In this document: piece after piece, positions 24,401 to 37,404 of the stretch
Position numbering within the stretch: position 1 is the first letter of the stretch
How the letters are laid out: the number at the start of each line of letters is the position of its first letter
DNA from: Neoechinorhynchus agilis
Lineage: Eukaryota; Animalia; Acanthocephala
Direction: 5' to 3'
NCBI GenBank assembly: GCA_051530055.1
Contig: CM121343.1
Location: 1,024,389 to 1,088,388, forward strand
Length of the DNA stretch: 64,000 nt
The notes under the pieces: model-generated
Databases searched by the model: none
Seen by the model: the letters and a program-made list of their open reading frames with translations, nothing else
What the model was told of the DNA's origin: nothing
Translations under genes and position numbers: made by a program

Positions 24401-25329
24401 TTTTTGAAAATCTATTCATAGGCGACTAAGCTCTCGCCTTCGTGGAGTTTTACGTCTTTGACACATACCATAGAACGCAAAAGTTAAATTAAATCTAGAG
24501 ACATCATGTTTTGTAAAAAACCCTCTTAAGCGTACTTAATATGGTCGTAGAATGGGAATTCAGACGTAAAAGTATTATTTTATCTTATGAAGTGTTGAAG
24601 TGAGCATCCTTCACCGTTTGGTTCAGGGATCCAAGTGATTTTATGCGTTTCCGTGACCTTGATCGTTAGGTTGTGTGTCCAAGGAAAATAATCATCCGTA
24701 TAGGTGATGTTCAATTTAAAAACTGAATAAAAAGTATTAATGATTATTATTTTTAATTCACAAAGCAGTTTATGACTTTGTTAGAATCGAAAATGCGTAA
24801 GAACATCCACTTGTTTGCCTTAGTCCATTGAGAGAACCGTTTTCCATAGTCATTAAAGACATTGTCTATAATGTGATGCCACATGAACTCGCGAGTTAGC
24901 GTGGAGGAGCGGCCTTAAGTGAAGCAGTCACTGTGACGATGAAAAGAAATGAGTTTAGGCCCGTCGAAGTTCTGCGCTACTAATTCTTCGCTTGCTTGGA
25001 GGCATTTGTAATGCTTGTAGAAAAATGTAGGACGTTGGCTGCATCGCGAAATAAACCTTTTTGTATTTTATGCGTCAGTTCAATGCTCGTTGGTTGATGT
25101 TTAATTGACTAACAGAGTTTTACCATCTTTATTTCTGTACAAATATGTTTACATGCAACAGGCTTATAAATTGAAGCGTTTATAGGTCAATACAACAACA
25201 TTTTCGCCGTTCATTTCAGATTATATCCCTTTGATAGTTTTCCACGCCCCCGTTTCCAAGCGAAGCTGGCACTACACTTGCCGAGCTCCTCAGTTATTCA
25301 ATCTCTTTATATCATTTTATACTCGTGGA

Positions 25330-26398
25330 ATGTTCTCGAACCACACAAGATTGGGCATCATATACTTCACTCTCGCTACTATCTATTTTCTATGGTTTGC
25401 ACTTGCAGTTGGATTCGGAATCGAACATGCCATCGTCTTTTCAGTCGTGACGGCTCTTTTCTGGTTTGGACGTCCAACAAGGAAACTTCTGGCTTCAATT
25501 GCACCCTACATACTATATGCAGGACTCTACGACTCAATGAAAGCAATTCCGAACTATGACATAAGTTATTTGCGAATAAGAGAAATTTATGACATTGAAA
25601 AGAGATTTTTCGGTGTCCAAATCAGCGACTTAGTTGAAAACGCAACTATTGCCAACTACAAGACAGTGCGCAAAGTCACTTTAAATGAATTATCAAGGGT
25701 GTACTATCATCCAATTCCAATGGTAATATGTGGACTCTTCTACATCAATTGGATTTCCGTTCCGGCTAGTTTTGCCATCTACCTGTATTTGACATACGGG
25801 GGCAAATGGAATCGATCAGACAGTGGCTTGATTCCAATCAAGACCAAACGATGTGCTTACCTGAAATTTAGTCTTCATTTCCTTCTGGTCAATATAGCGG
25901 GATTTATAATCTATTACTGTTATCCTGCGGCACCCCCGTGGTACATCGAAATACACGGCTTCAAAAAACATCTAGATGTTCCTGGGCACGCGGGAAGTTT
26001 ACTTTCGCGCAGTGGTATTGTATCGAGAGTTCATTTCCTTTTACAATACCATTGTGTGAGATTTAATCAAAGTGGACAACCTGACAGGCTTGTCGATATT
26101 TCAGCGCTTGTATTCCAATAACCGATTAGTATTTGCATCGATGCCATCGCTACATGCCGCGTATCCAGTAGTGTGCTTGATAACTGCAATCACAATAAGA
26201 AAGTTCATACTTTCAATCATTTTCGGCATTTTCGCAGTCGGAATTTGGCTATCGGCCGTCTACAGCGGTCACCATTATGTTATCGATGTGATTGCTGGAA
26301 TTGCATGTGCAGTCCTCACATACCTCCTTCTGTTAGCACTACTAACCGTCAAAACCTTCACGAAGTATTATGAAGTGTATTTAAAATACATAAGTTGA
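25330..26398 (+). CDS. Aur1/IPC-synthase-like PAP2-superfamily membrane enzyme (inositol phosphoceramide synthase-like), about 336 aa, one inferred intron at about 26015-26072
   Basis: ATG 25330; multiple hydrophobic helices; motifs YPAAPPWY, FASMPSLHAAY and YSGHHYVIDV with the catalytic His/His/Asp intact. ORFs 25231-26121 and 26072-26398 join in frame by removing a phase-1 GT...AG segment (donor 26015 or 26012, acceptor AG 26071-26072). Confidence 0.85.
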
Positions 26399-27465
26399 TC
26401 GCCTTTCGCTTATTTCAAATTAATTCACATGTTCAATCTAGTACAGAATAAAATTCTCTTTTGATATGCAACGCCTTTTAGTCCGCAAACTGGGTTAGTC
26501 CAATTTGAATATCTGACATCTCGAACTCAAATTGTTTTAATGTCAGTATGGATCAATTAATTAGTGGAAAACGTTATAATGCCGTTTTGGATTTTCTTAG
26601 AAATTATAATCGGTAATTTGGGTAATAGGGGCACTGTCGTCAAACATAAGACCAAGTTATCCATTTATGTCTTGGATTATTATCTTCGGCGGAAAATATA
26701 CTTTCTTTTGGTAGTTCCAATTGTGAATGCGTCCAGTTTTTTTCCAACTGTGATACGCATTCACACTTGAAAAAACTTGCAAGCAATGATAGGTGTGGAT
26801 AATGTCGGAATTATCCGACGAAATATTGGCAATAAATCTCTGAATTTACATCCGGGTGTGTATAACTACCAAAATAAATTATCCGTTTATAAAAGCCTTG
26901 CATGAAAGATTTTATATTTAGGATTTAAAGGAGCAACGAATCTTAATCCTTTCATGTACTATATCTTAAAAACTCAAGGTCAAAATACTTCCTTTCAATA
27001 GAAACTCATTTACTAACTTACCGACGATTTCCGGGGAGCTCACTGATTCTCATCTCACTCTCGAAAAACCAAGATTAAATTGTGCACTGTACGTCCTCTG
27101 ATCCAATAAATGTTGTTACTGTTAACTATAGGCAAGTGAAATTTATAACTTCGGATTGGTTAGTAGCCTTCTCCAAGTTTGGATTTATATTAGCAACCTG
27201 TGTGATACAGAAAACAAAGGAAATAAAAGGTTTTCATGCAATCGTTCGGTTTAGTGAATACTTAAAATATATTTCCGGGTGCCATAAAGTTAAAATTTAC
27301 TTTAAGCTAATCGAGTTTACAACAGGTGATTAATACATTTTTATACAACAATTTAATCTATCTTACTATAAAACATACCATAATCCCGGATAAATGATTG
27401 AAATATTTCGCCATCCTCTTTCTAAATATTTCAAATCAATAAAATCTTATTAACATTTACCGGTT

Positions 27466-27800
27466 ACACACACAACAACAAAACGTTTCAACAATCACCA
27501 CCGTCCACGAAGAAAAGACATCGCTCTCCCCTCAGTGGTCGCGACCACACTCGCTGCGTTTCCTCTTTGGATCGCGAGACCAATGTTTTAGAGCAGGAAG
27601 GCACCGGCTCTTGTATTTCCTGTCTTGACCTGGAGTCTACTCGATAACTACTCCGTAAATCTAAGTGCCGAGCTACCGAGCGCATCAAGAGTCTCCACTC
27701 CAAAGGGTATAAAAACGTGAGGCCTACTTAATTCTTTATATTTCGCAACCTTTCGGTCCTCCGCGGCAGTAGCCGCTCCCCCTGGGGACTGCAGCGCAAA
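27466..27800 (-). mobile_element. 3' terminus of a CRE-clade non-LTR retrotransposon with a short (TTG)/(TG) tail
   Basis: Minus frame AATAAEDRKVAKYKEL...FIPFGVETL...RL...TGNTRAGAFL...IGLAIQRGNAASV (two in-frame stops) matches the CRE C-terminus. It is followed by gttttgttgttgtgtgtgt. Confidence 0.8.
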
Positions 27801-27912
27801 CCTATGTTTTATCCGGGGGGATTATGATCACCACATCTCTATCATCCCGAAGGATTTTCTCTTCATGATAAATCCTCATGTCCTTCACTGAAAACATTTC
27901 ATGAAGATTTAT

Positions 27913-29992
27913 ATAAACACGTTTTATTTATGTAAAAAATGCAGGATCCACACACTTGTCAGCATCTATCTTTGCTGAAGGTGTATGGATGACGGATGTT
28001 GAGGTAAGGGAGGTGGGACTTATTTTTGAAGGGGTGTTGATGTGGGATCGGAGGCTTTGTAAACGAGATGACAGATTAAGTCTTTCCTTGTTCTCCGGTT
28101 ATTAAGGAAAGATTGGGCTTGGGGGAAGAAAGATTTTTGGTAGAGGGTGGTACGAGCGATGGGTGGATGAAAAAGGTTGGGGTTACGGGTAACAAGAAGT
28201 TCCACATTGGATATATTGTTCGCGGTTGGAGAGGAAAGAGGAAATCCAAGCGAGTTGCCAAGTTGGGAGGCCAAAGGAAGCACATGATTGGAGGAGAATG
28301 GAATGATCTACTGACTCGAACGCCCTGGAAATATCCAGTTGCACGAGACGGACGGTTGATGCTGGACTGGAATCTAAACTGCGCACAAGCGCAACGTAAA
28401 TGCAGAGGAGGGCATCAGAACAAGAGTAATTGTGACGGAAAGCAAATTGGGAAGGGGAGATGTTTTTGAGGAAAAAGGAAAGTTGGCGGGTTTTAAAACA
28501 TTTTTCTAAGATTTTAGAGAAAGGTGAGAGGATAGAGATGGGACGAAAGGGTGCAGGGGAAATCGGCTTATCGTATTTGGGTAAGGGACGACACGGGCTT
28601 CCTTAAGACACGATGGAAAAGAGCCCAGTAGAAAACTAAGGTTCGTTATGTGCGTTAGAGAATCGATAAGTTCCGGGATGATGAAACGAATGGCCCAATT
28701 TGGGATAGTCGAATTAGGGGAAGAATGGCGGGGCAGGTGTTTAAGGACGTTGGGACAATGGATGGGAGGTTTGGGGAGGACAGAGGTTTTTATTCATGGA
28801 GTTAAGGATTGAGAGGAGATCAGATTTGGGGAGAGATGCGAAGGGGGTGGATCTAGGAGGGGTAAGCAGGATTATAAACACGTTTTATTTATGTAAAAAA
28901 TGCAGGATCCACACACTTGCCAGCATCTATATTTGATAAACGGTGTGTGGATGACGGATATTGAAGGCAAGGGAGGTGGGACCTGTTTTTGAGGGGGTGT
29001 TGATGTGGGATCGGAGGCTTTAGCTTTGGTGACCTGGATTTGAAGGGTTTTTAGAAAAGGCGAGAAAGAGACCTTCATCGCAGATTCTATTGGATTTAAC
29101 AAAGAGCCCATTGCAATCGAAGAGTCGGTACCAAAGATGGTAGAGCGGTTTTGCGTAATAAGAGAATTGACACATGCAGTAAAGGAGTGGGTATGATGAT
29201 CACACTTATCCCAGACAACGTAGGGGTCGGAAAAAGAACGTTTTTGAGGTGATGTGGGGGAGAGAAGCATGGGACAATGGTCAGACGAGGCGATCGGGGG
29301 AAGTTTGGTAGTGCACAAGTATTGCCTGATGTTTAAGAAAATTTTATCAAGGGGGAGGAGAAGTGTATGGGGAAAGTAACGAGTTAGGAAAGATGAGAGA
29401 GCGAGGGCGGGATCGGCAATTTGTTAAAATCGCCCAATATGATGAAGTGATCTGAGGAAGAGGAAAGTAGGTCAGTAAATAGGTGGTCTATGTGTTGAAG
29501 TGCGTTAGGGATGTTTGAGGAAGGAGGGCGATAAAGGCCAGCGATAGAGATCTCACGTTTGCCATTACGGAGGGGGAGATGAAGTAGGATGTGAAGCCAT
29601 TCAAGATCGTCGCAGATGAAAAGGTAGGGTGAAGAGCAATGGTAAGGGAGAGAGACGCGGATAAAGATCGATATTCCTCCCCCGTTTCGGAAGTCCCTTG
29701 TGAGGTGAAAAGCTTGAAATTTTGGAAGGAAGGCAGATAATTTGCTATGGGGTGAGAGCCATGTTTTCGTAATTACAAGGATGTCGGCGTTGCAAGAAGA
29801 AGCAACTACATGGAGCTCATCCAGTTTGGGGAGGAGGCTGCGGATGTTAGAATAAAAGATTATTGGAAAGGGATGTTTAGAAGGGACATGAGGGGTGGAC
29901 ACTGACGGAGAGGGTTGAAGCTGCGCAGAGAGAGAAGGGATGGGCGTTGATCGATGGGGTAGTTCGGGAGTAAGGGATTCGTGGGTGGACAA
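27913..29992 (-). mobile_element. Two tandem, internally deleted APE-type LINE copies sharing one 3' UTR
   Basis: APE motifs FYSNIRSLLPKLDEL, GGGISIFIR, LYRPP, ILGDFN and SSDHCPML (29992-29200). RT motifs FRPISILSPFSKILEK and LDISRAFESVDH (28560-28180). The 3' end with AATAAA is duplicated at 27913-28058 and 28874-29021. Confidence 0.85.
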
Positions 29993-30187
29993 GAGAAGAA
30001 AGGTTCATGCCTAACACTTCAAAAAAGTAAAAATGGCCACACTCGCGAATTTCGTTAGAGATTTCTATTGCAAAGCATGAGATAGGATCGCCTTGAACCA
30101 GATTTTATAGAGTCACGCCACAAGTTTTGCTGATGAACTCCTCCAAACAATTTAAGAATAGACATGTTTTGGTGCACTTAGTAGTTG

Positions 30188-33100
30188 TTACATTGCAAAA
30201 GTAAGTTCATCGATGGATCTGTCCTGCTGAAGTCGCCCCAGCATCTTATCTGGATGAACACTTTCACTGCGACTATTTCTATCGATCATCGGTGACAAAA
30301 TCTTTGAATCGGTCGGAGAATTTTCACCATTTGAATGATCTTCGTCGTGCATGCTTTTCGGATGCGAGCTAGTGCTTCTTCTTAGGCTTTCGGTAGTATT
30401 TGCCATGGTAGTTGGGCGATACCCGGAATGGCGGTAATTGAACCTTTGTCGTTCAGACATCGAGGTGAGCCTTCTTGCACATTGACTGGCATTGGTTTGT
30501 GATTGATTGATGTAGGGCGACGGGGCAGATTCGCGGATTATTCTTTTAGTTCTAATCGAAGATGGAGTAGGTGACAATTGACTACTATTTGAGGCAAAAG
30601 CCGAGCTAACGCTTTCTTCTAAGAAAGTTTGAAGGGTTTTGAAAGGCGAAAATTAAAGCGAACCTTGTTCAACTGCGTTCAATCGAGCGTATTGTCCACT
30701 CAATGATGATTTTGAACCATATCGACAATAGCCAGACTTCCTACTTTCGCCATAGTTTTTCAAAAGTGGCATGATCATGACACTTGAATCGTGTCGATTG
30801 GTGTACTTGATCAAATCATCGTATACATCAAGACTACCCAACTCTCCATCACGTTCGTTATTGTAAGTACTGCTACTGAAATGACTTGATCAACTGAGAT
30901 TGAAACGTTTCAATTGAACAATGTAATGCATACCGGTAATAGCATAAGAACACAGAAGTGGCTATAATTGACAAGCAAATCACGGCAACGACCGATCCAA
31001 AAAACAGATAGATCACATCGTTACTTTGGCTGCTTTGAGTAGCAGCTACATGAGCTTCAGAATCTCGATTGTGGGTTAACAAGCTCGCGTTGATAGAAAC
31101 TAGGGAGCTGGGTATACCAGAGTACGATACTTCGACTGTAAAATAAATTCCATCTCGTGTTTTCAGTAATAACTTTGGAGGGGATCGGCACCAATACACA
31201 GTGCCGTATTCGGCGATGCACAGATTGTTAGTTAGAAGAGAAGATGAAGATTGTATTCGATAAACCAACCTAGGCCTTTGACTGGCAAAAACCTTTACCT
31301 GGCCAAGAATTGAATGTCGTGCTGTATTGTTTCCTATCTCGAAACAATATGATCGCCGATCAAAAGTGATTGGGTGAAGTATGTTTATGATTACATCGTA
31401 GGTAACATAAGACTAAGATAGTTTGTAAATTTTGGAGCTTACTTAACAATTCACCTTGGCAAGGTCAAATATCAACACTTTACATTTTACAGAATCACCA
31501 CTAGGGACGTTGTGATTTCGCCTTATTAACAAACGCGGATTTCGCGATCTAAAATAGACGATAAAAGATGAAGTTATTGATAGCAATAAATCGCACCCCT
31601 GTTCGGACAAGCGCAGGAACATCTCACCAGAGTTGTTGCATGATATCGTGATTGACGCGTTTGAAATATCCAAACTTTCTGTAAGCACCAAATCTCCCAG
31701 ATATGTGAAATCATCCGTAGCATAGGTTTGTATGAGTTTTTCGCCTGCTTTCACGACATCGAAATGCAGTACTGATAGATCGTTGTTAATGGTTGAATTT
31801 GTTCGTTTGATGGTCAACAAAGCTCTTTCACACATCAGATTACTTGCACAGGCCTTCAATACTTGTTTACATTTTAAAATCGATAGAGAAACTCACCTTC
31901 AAGAAAAAACTTGATTTTAAACGCGGATATCGCCCATTATACTTTAAAATTCCCGTTTGTGGATCGATAGAGAAAGGGCATGAAGCACTCGGGTCTAGTT
32001 ACATGTGATTAAATTTTTAACAATCAGAATAGAACATCAGCTAACCTATAATTCTATAAGAGATGGGGAGATCATCCGAAAAGGAAGCGTCCATGAATGC
32101 GCGAATCGATCCCGATATCGGTGTAACGATGGAACCCTTTGATCCATTATTTTTCCGAAGTAGGATTGAAAACTTACTTTTGGTGTATTTTCACTTAATT
32201 CAACGATATAGGAAACTCTTGAGAAGGTGGGTTTTTTCACTTGCTGACTATCGACGATTGCGATATTCAAAGTGGATATTGATGAAAGGGAATTTGTTCC
32301 GTGATCCTAATTTTGAGAATAAATCAAAATGTTTTGAGTATGCATATATTAATTGATCACCTTAGCTTTAAGATCAAGTCTTATTCTACTTTCTTTTACA
32401 GCATCCAACCGCTTTGTTAAAAGAAGATTACCTCTGTTATGTCCCGTCATTTTGAATTTAAAATACGACTGTGATTATAAAAATGAGTTCAAAACAATGT
32501 AACACGGACGTACAGAAAAGTCATCATTTTCGTTGACTTGAATCGTAACGTTTCCATTGTCGAACGAATCATCATCCATGGCTTGTATATTGTGGATAAT
32601 TACTGTGCCAGGATATGAATCCTAGATAAAAACAATTAAGAAAAAGCGCCCGTAAAAGTATTAACAATTACCCTTTTAACATTGACGAAGTAGGGCACGT
32701 TAACGAGGTACGGCGCATTATCATTGACATCGATGATTTGAAGCGATATGTTATGAACGGTCTTGATAGTTTTTGGTTTAGTTCAAAGCCTTTCAACAAA
32801 AAAAACAAACGGTTCTTCTTGTTGGATTTACTTCACATCGGATAGTAAGTATAAAAGGATTCGGTTTTCCCTTTTCCATCCAAGCCTCGTAATCCAAGCG
32901 TTTCGATAAGATAAGTCTTTTTGAATTAATTTGAAAATAACTATCTACACTGTCATTTTGTCCAGCTCGTATTAGATCGTAGGAAACCAGTGGTTCGTCC
33001 CCATGAAAGAGCAATTTACCTACAGGCCGACCTGGATGAGTATTAGACGAGATTTAAATTTGGCGAAGCGTTTATTACCTGGCTTAAGATCTTCGTACAA

Positions 33101-33268
33101 TTTATAATTGAAAGATGCGGGGACATATTGTGGGTCACATGCTTCTTTTTTGAAAAGGGAGAAGGTCTGTGGCGAAAACTGAATGTCCAAGGTAACCAAC
33201 TAACTATGGCACAATCCCTTTTTTTCCAGAAGTGAATATAACAACAAGGCAAAAATCGCAGTCCTCAT
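30188..33268 (-). CDS. Cadherin-repeat single-pass membrane protein, multi-exon; 5' end approximate
   Basis: Signal-like MRTAIFALLLYSLL (ATG 33268); cadherin motifs LYEDLKPG/RPVG, LDYE, IIDVNDNAP, AMDDDSFDNG and KPTFSRVSYIVELSENTP; TM helix VIYLFFGSVVAVICLSIIATSVFLCYY; Ser/Arg-rich tail ending at 30188. Subfamily not assigned. Confidence 0.8.
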
Positions 33269-34848
33269 TTGTAAAGCATCCAAGAACGTCCTCGACTGTG
33301 TGGGTAACAGGAGTCTCGTTACACGCAATGGGATATCTAAGCATCGGGTGTGGTTGCGATACTATGATAATGAATTCGGTTGAAAACCCAAGAAATGGAT
33401 AAATCAGCATTACGTGGCCAAGGTAATTGTAATCTCAAGTTAGCCAATCGATGGTACCCCTTTAAAAAATAATCGCTGTCAACCAAAATGCGACTAACAT
33501 GATGAGACATTTGTTGGGGAGAGTATAAAGTTAAAAAGACGTGATTTGTGCAACCGCTCTAGTAAGTGCTTACAGTTTCTCCGTCATAGAGTAGTCACAC
33601 TCGCTGATGGCTTGAAATAAGCGTATCGGATGTGGGTATCACTAAGCGCTTAGTGGTGGCAAATCTCTTAGATTTCGGAATTAGATCCGTAAGAGGAATG
33701 GCGACGGTCTTACTATGTTGCCGAGTGAGAAATTGATACGGAATTGATTTAAAAATCTCCACTGTTAAACAAATGACAAGAAGCCACGGTGTCCTGATGA
33801 GTCGCAAAACACCTCTTTCCCGGTCTCCTATGCAAGAAGTATCGCGATGAAAGCGTACATTTTTATGGCTAAAGCGTACCAAAATTGGGTACGCGAGCAC
33901 AAAAGTGTTCAATGGCAATAGACGGCTAAGTTCGGTTTTTGCAACGTGTGTGTGTTTTTTTTATGCTAGTGGACTTAAACCTCGATATGTAACCGATTCT
34001 CAGTGTACAACATTGGTTCTTCGGCGGCGACGGCAATGGTACCAATGTCTATTTTGAGATGGTCCATTTGTTAGGCGCAACGCTATCCCGGACCTCATTG
34101 GTGCAAAAGGCGTCCGCTATGCGTTTCAAACCCATTACACGAAGCGCTCATTCTCCTCAGTACGAAAACCACAACTAGGTTTTAAAGAGCTCGAATGAAG
34201 GATTTAGTCAATGTGCCAAAAAGACTTGTCCATACAACTGAGGAATGCATACCTTGTTATTACCCGAATCTATGCGTCATTGAGCGATAAGTACGACTAT
34301 TGGTGTTTCATCTGGTGGAAGATCAAAATGCAGACAAGTGTATAAACATCCGTTTCGCTTGTTTTGACGTAGAAAATTCGTTTTGCTTGTATCGAGATTG
34401 ATAAGGCCGGATTATTTCACTCAACGTCCACCAGAACCATGTTCCGTAGTCACTTAGTGCAACATATTTACGAATCGAACACATCATTAAATCATTATTT
34501 CTGATTGGTTTGCGTGCTCAGGCAAAAGGATTTCTGATCCAATTAGTCAATAATGCGGTGAATTGCGAACCATTCAATAATTAGGAAAATCTTCCTTTAG
34601 ATTTATCATTTTAGACCTTTATCAGACGGATTTTTGCATCTCATAAAGGTGAAGTAATAACATTATCTTACTAAACGGGTCTGCGAATACAGAAACGACA
34701 AAACTTAATTAAAAAATTATGCAATCCTTTTATAGAAAGGCATTCGAGTATAAGTGGAAATGGTCTAAATGTGTCAATGTGGCACCAAATCGTGTTATTT
34801 TACAAACAAAAGTGGTTCTGAACGCATTTTAACAGTGCCATGATTTAC

Positions 34849-37404
34849 TTAGATGAACAATTCTCCACGATCGCACATACTAGCGTCAATTAATCTCCAT
34901 GATGCCATTGGGTCAGCAATCGATTGGTCTCTGCAAAGTGCCCAAACATGCATAACCCTTAGAAGTTTGTCCTTTTCGCCTTCTACTACATTTCCGTGTA
35001 GATCCGTCACGTAGTGGACTTGCTGAGTATTGAACATGACGACTACGACGGGCCCCTGTTCAAGGATCTTAGCCGCTAAGTACTGTGGGCAATCAGTGTT
35101 TCTAGAACTATTCGAAATCACCACTTCAACGAACCTCGATATCAGTTATATCAACCACTCGTAGTACGTACTTTAGGTTCAGCGCTTGTGCTTGTTTAAT
35201 CGGTTGTATAAGTACATTGTAGACCTTCAATCGGCGTATAATGTTCAACAGTCAAGAATACTTACTGCTTCATGGCACCAATCTCTAAGAACCTCGAGAT
35301 CACCTTGGGACAGTGACTAAACAGAACAGTCAGTGGGGATGCAAGGGTGAACGATAAACCTACTCCAATAATATTTGGCGCAATATCGGTTTGGACCTGC
35401 TTAATACACTGATTCTCCACGCAAGACTATAGAATGTGCTGTATAAGATGATCTTTAATACAAGCGGAAATAATTTTGCCCCTGAAGTTGCAGCAAGGCT
35501 TCGTTGGTTGTCACAACAAAACATGATACTTAAAACTGCGCACTCGTTTCATTGAAGAATTTCTACGACAACGGTCATCCGATGGCATGAGAAATGCTCA
35601 ATGAGCGTATGAATAAACGTTTAAACCATATTGAATATACAAGATACACAAATAAGCCAATGTTTTACAATCAAAAAACTTTTAGTAGTGAAATTGCAAA
35701 CGCTTGGTTTGTTAAAAGTGAACGTTTTAGTCCTTTGGCGTTTAAGACGATATCACTAATTTTACTATACGGTTTATTGCCCAACGATCAGAGAATAATT
35801 GGAGAATGATATCAACCCAACGAACACTAAGTCGGCTTCTAAATGCAAAATTATTAAAAAAACGCACGTAAACTAGGACCGGTAGACCATTGAAAATCGT
35901 TGTGGTTTTGTTTAAGCTGGACGCTAATTTTTTAGTTCATCGGGTGCATTTAGTTTGTTAAAAAGCTTGTTCAAGCGCGCTATAAATGTCAAAAACACAT
36001 CGCAATTAGTTGAGAAAAATTAAAACAGGACAAGCCAAGTCTAATTTGTAAGATATAAGCAATGAAATTTTTACAATTTTGCTCCTAGAATACCAATCAC
36101 AATACTGAATTGCTTGTTAAGTAACACCATAAACACTTTTCTGTGTGGCTATATCTCAAAATGAAGTCAATAGTTTAACTACCAAAAAACAACAAGAAGC
36201 GGTGCATTGAGAGTCAATGAGTAAGGAAAGTGAGGACATTGAACTTTGGATCTATTTTCATGATCTCAGTAAGGGCTTCAGATGCTTCCGTTTGTGAGAA
36301 TGCTCGTCCTATTTTGCAAAACATTAGGCTATATGCGAAAAAAACTCACCAAATAAGTCGGAAGCGAAGTTAGTCAGTGACCTGGCCACCCGTACCGCTA
36401 GATTATTGCTATCATCGTATCTTGCTTTTAGTTCGAAAATTTCTAAATTCGGTAGCTATGAATACCAGTAGTCGACCATTAATACTTTCTGTTCATATAA
36501 GCACTATTTTCCTTGAAAGTTTGCCAACTTTGATGCCAGCTGGAGTCCTTATGAAGGACGATATTTTTTGAATCACTAAAAACCCACATCTAAGCGGTTT
36601 AATAAATTATCTTGTGACCTACTTGTTAGGCGCAACTGCTTCTGGTTCAGTTGCGATTCCATTTGATGTGACGGTTCGTTTTCTAAGTTTGGCTGGCGCC
36701 TTATAGAAATTTATCGACTTAATATTGGTGACCTCATCAATCTCGTCCTTAACCGAACCCAAACGTGATGAAACGGACTTGAATGCATCACTCTTTGAGA
36801 ATTCATTACTCTTCTTGGAGATCGCATCTACAGTCCTAGCAGCGCGATCGGTTACTTGTTTCGAAAATTGAGAAGCTTGTTTCCCAAATTCACTCCCCTT
36901 CAGAACTTCGCCCAAGATTCCTACTTTCTCCTTCAAATATTGGCTACTTTTCTTAGTCTCATCTTCAAATGATTTCTAAATTTACAAAATCAATAAAATT
37001 CCGTGCTCGCAGTCATGCTCACTCACATATTTCTTCTTAGCTTCTAGCAAAGCATCAGACGTCTCTAATTTACGAGCCTCCTCCCGGAATTTACGGATGT
37101 TCTCCTATAAATAACCATTAAAATCAGACGCATCAATCGACAAACGCCAGCCTCTATTTCTTTATTTTTAGAAAATTCCTCTTTGATATTGTCGATCAAT
37201 GATGATACAAATCCCTTGTCCTTATTCGATGATCCACTTAGTTTGCATGACTTTATGAAAAGAATCGAATGAAAGCAAAGGAAACACTCTAACCGGAACG
37301 ATTATGTTTACACGTTTGAAATCCTGAATCCAACGGCTAAAAATGGACGTTACACAAAACGATCGATTTTGCACAAGTCTCAGCAGCGTCAGACGTTGCA
37401 TCAT
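34849..37404 (-). CDS. TIMM44: Mitochondrial import inner membrane translocase subunit Tim44, multi-exon
   Basis: Arg-rich presequence-like N-terminus (ATG 37404); FIDNIKEEFSKNKE; ENIRKFREEARKLETSDAL; YKAPAKLRKR; GDLEVLRDWCHEA; C-terminus EQGPVVVVMFNTQQ...VVEGEKDK...VWALCRDQ...WRL. Confidence 0.93.

Noticed and set aside
25330-26398. Bacterial contamination as the source of the IPC-synthase-like gene
   Set aside because: There is no operon or bacterial neighbours, it has an apparent intron, and it is flanked by host repeats and genes. Read-level confirmation is still needed.
27750-27800. HDV-like ribozyme (ggtcctc/ggggact helix with a gcggc-agta-gccgc hairpin)
   Set aside because: There is no P2 partner or valid P3/P4, and the region is explained as antisense of CRE coding sequence.
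33595-33918. 107-aa minus-strand ORF upstream of the cadherin gene
   Set aside because: It has no motif and no clear splice link to the cadherin exons.
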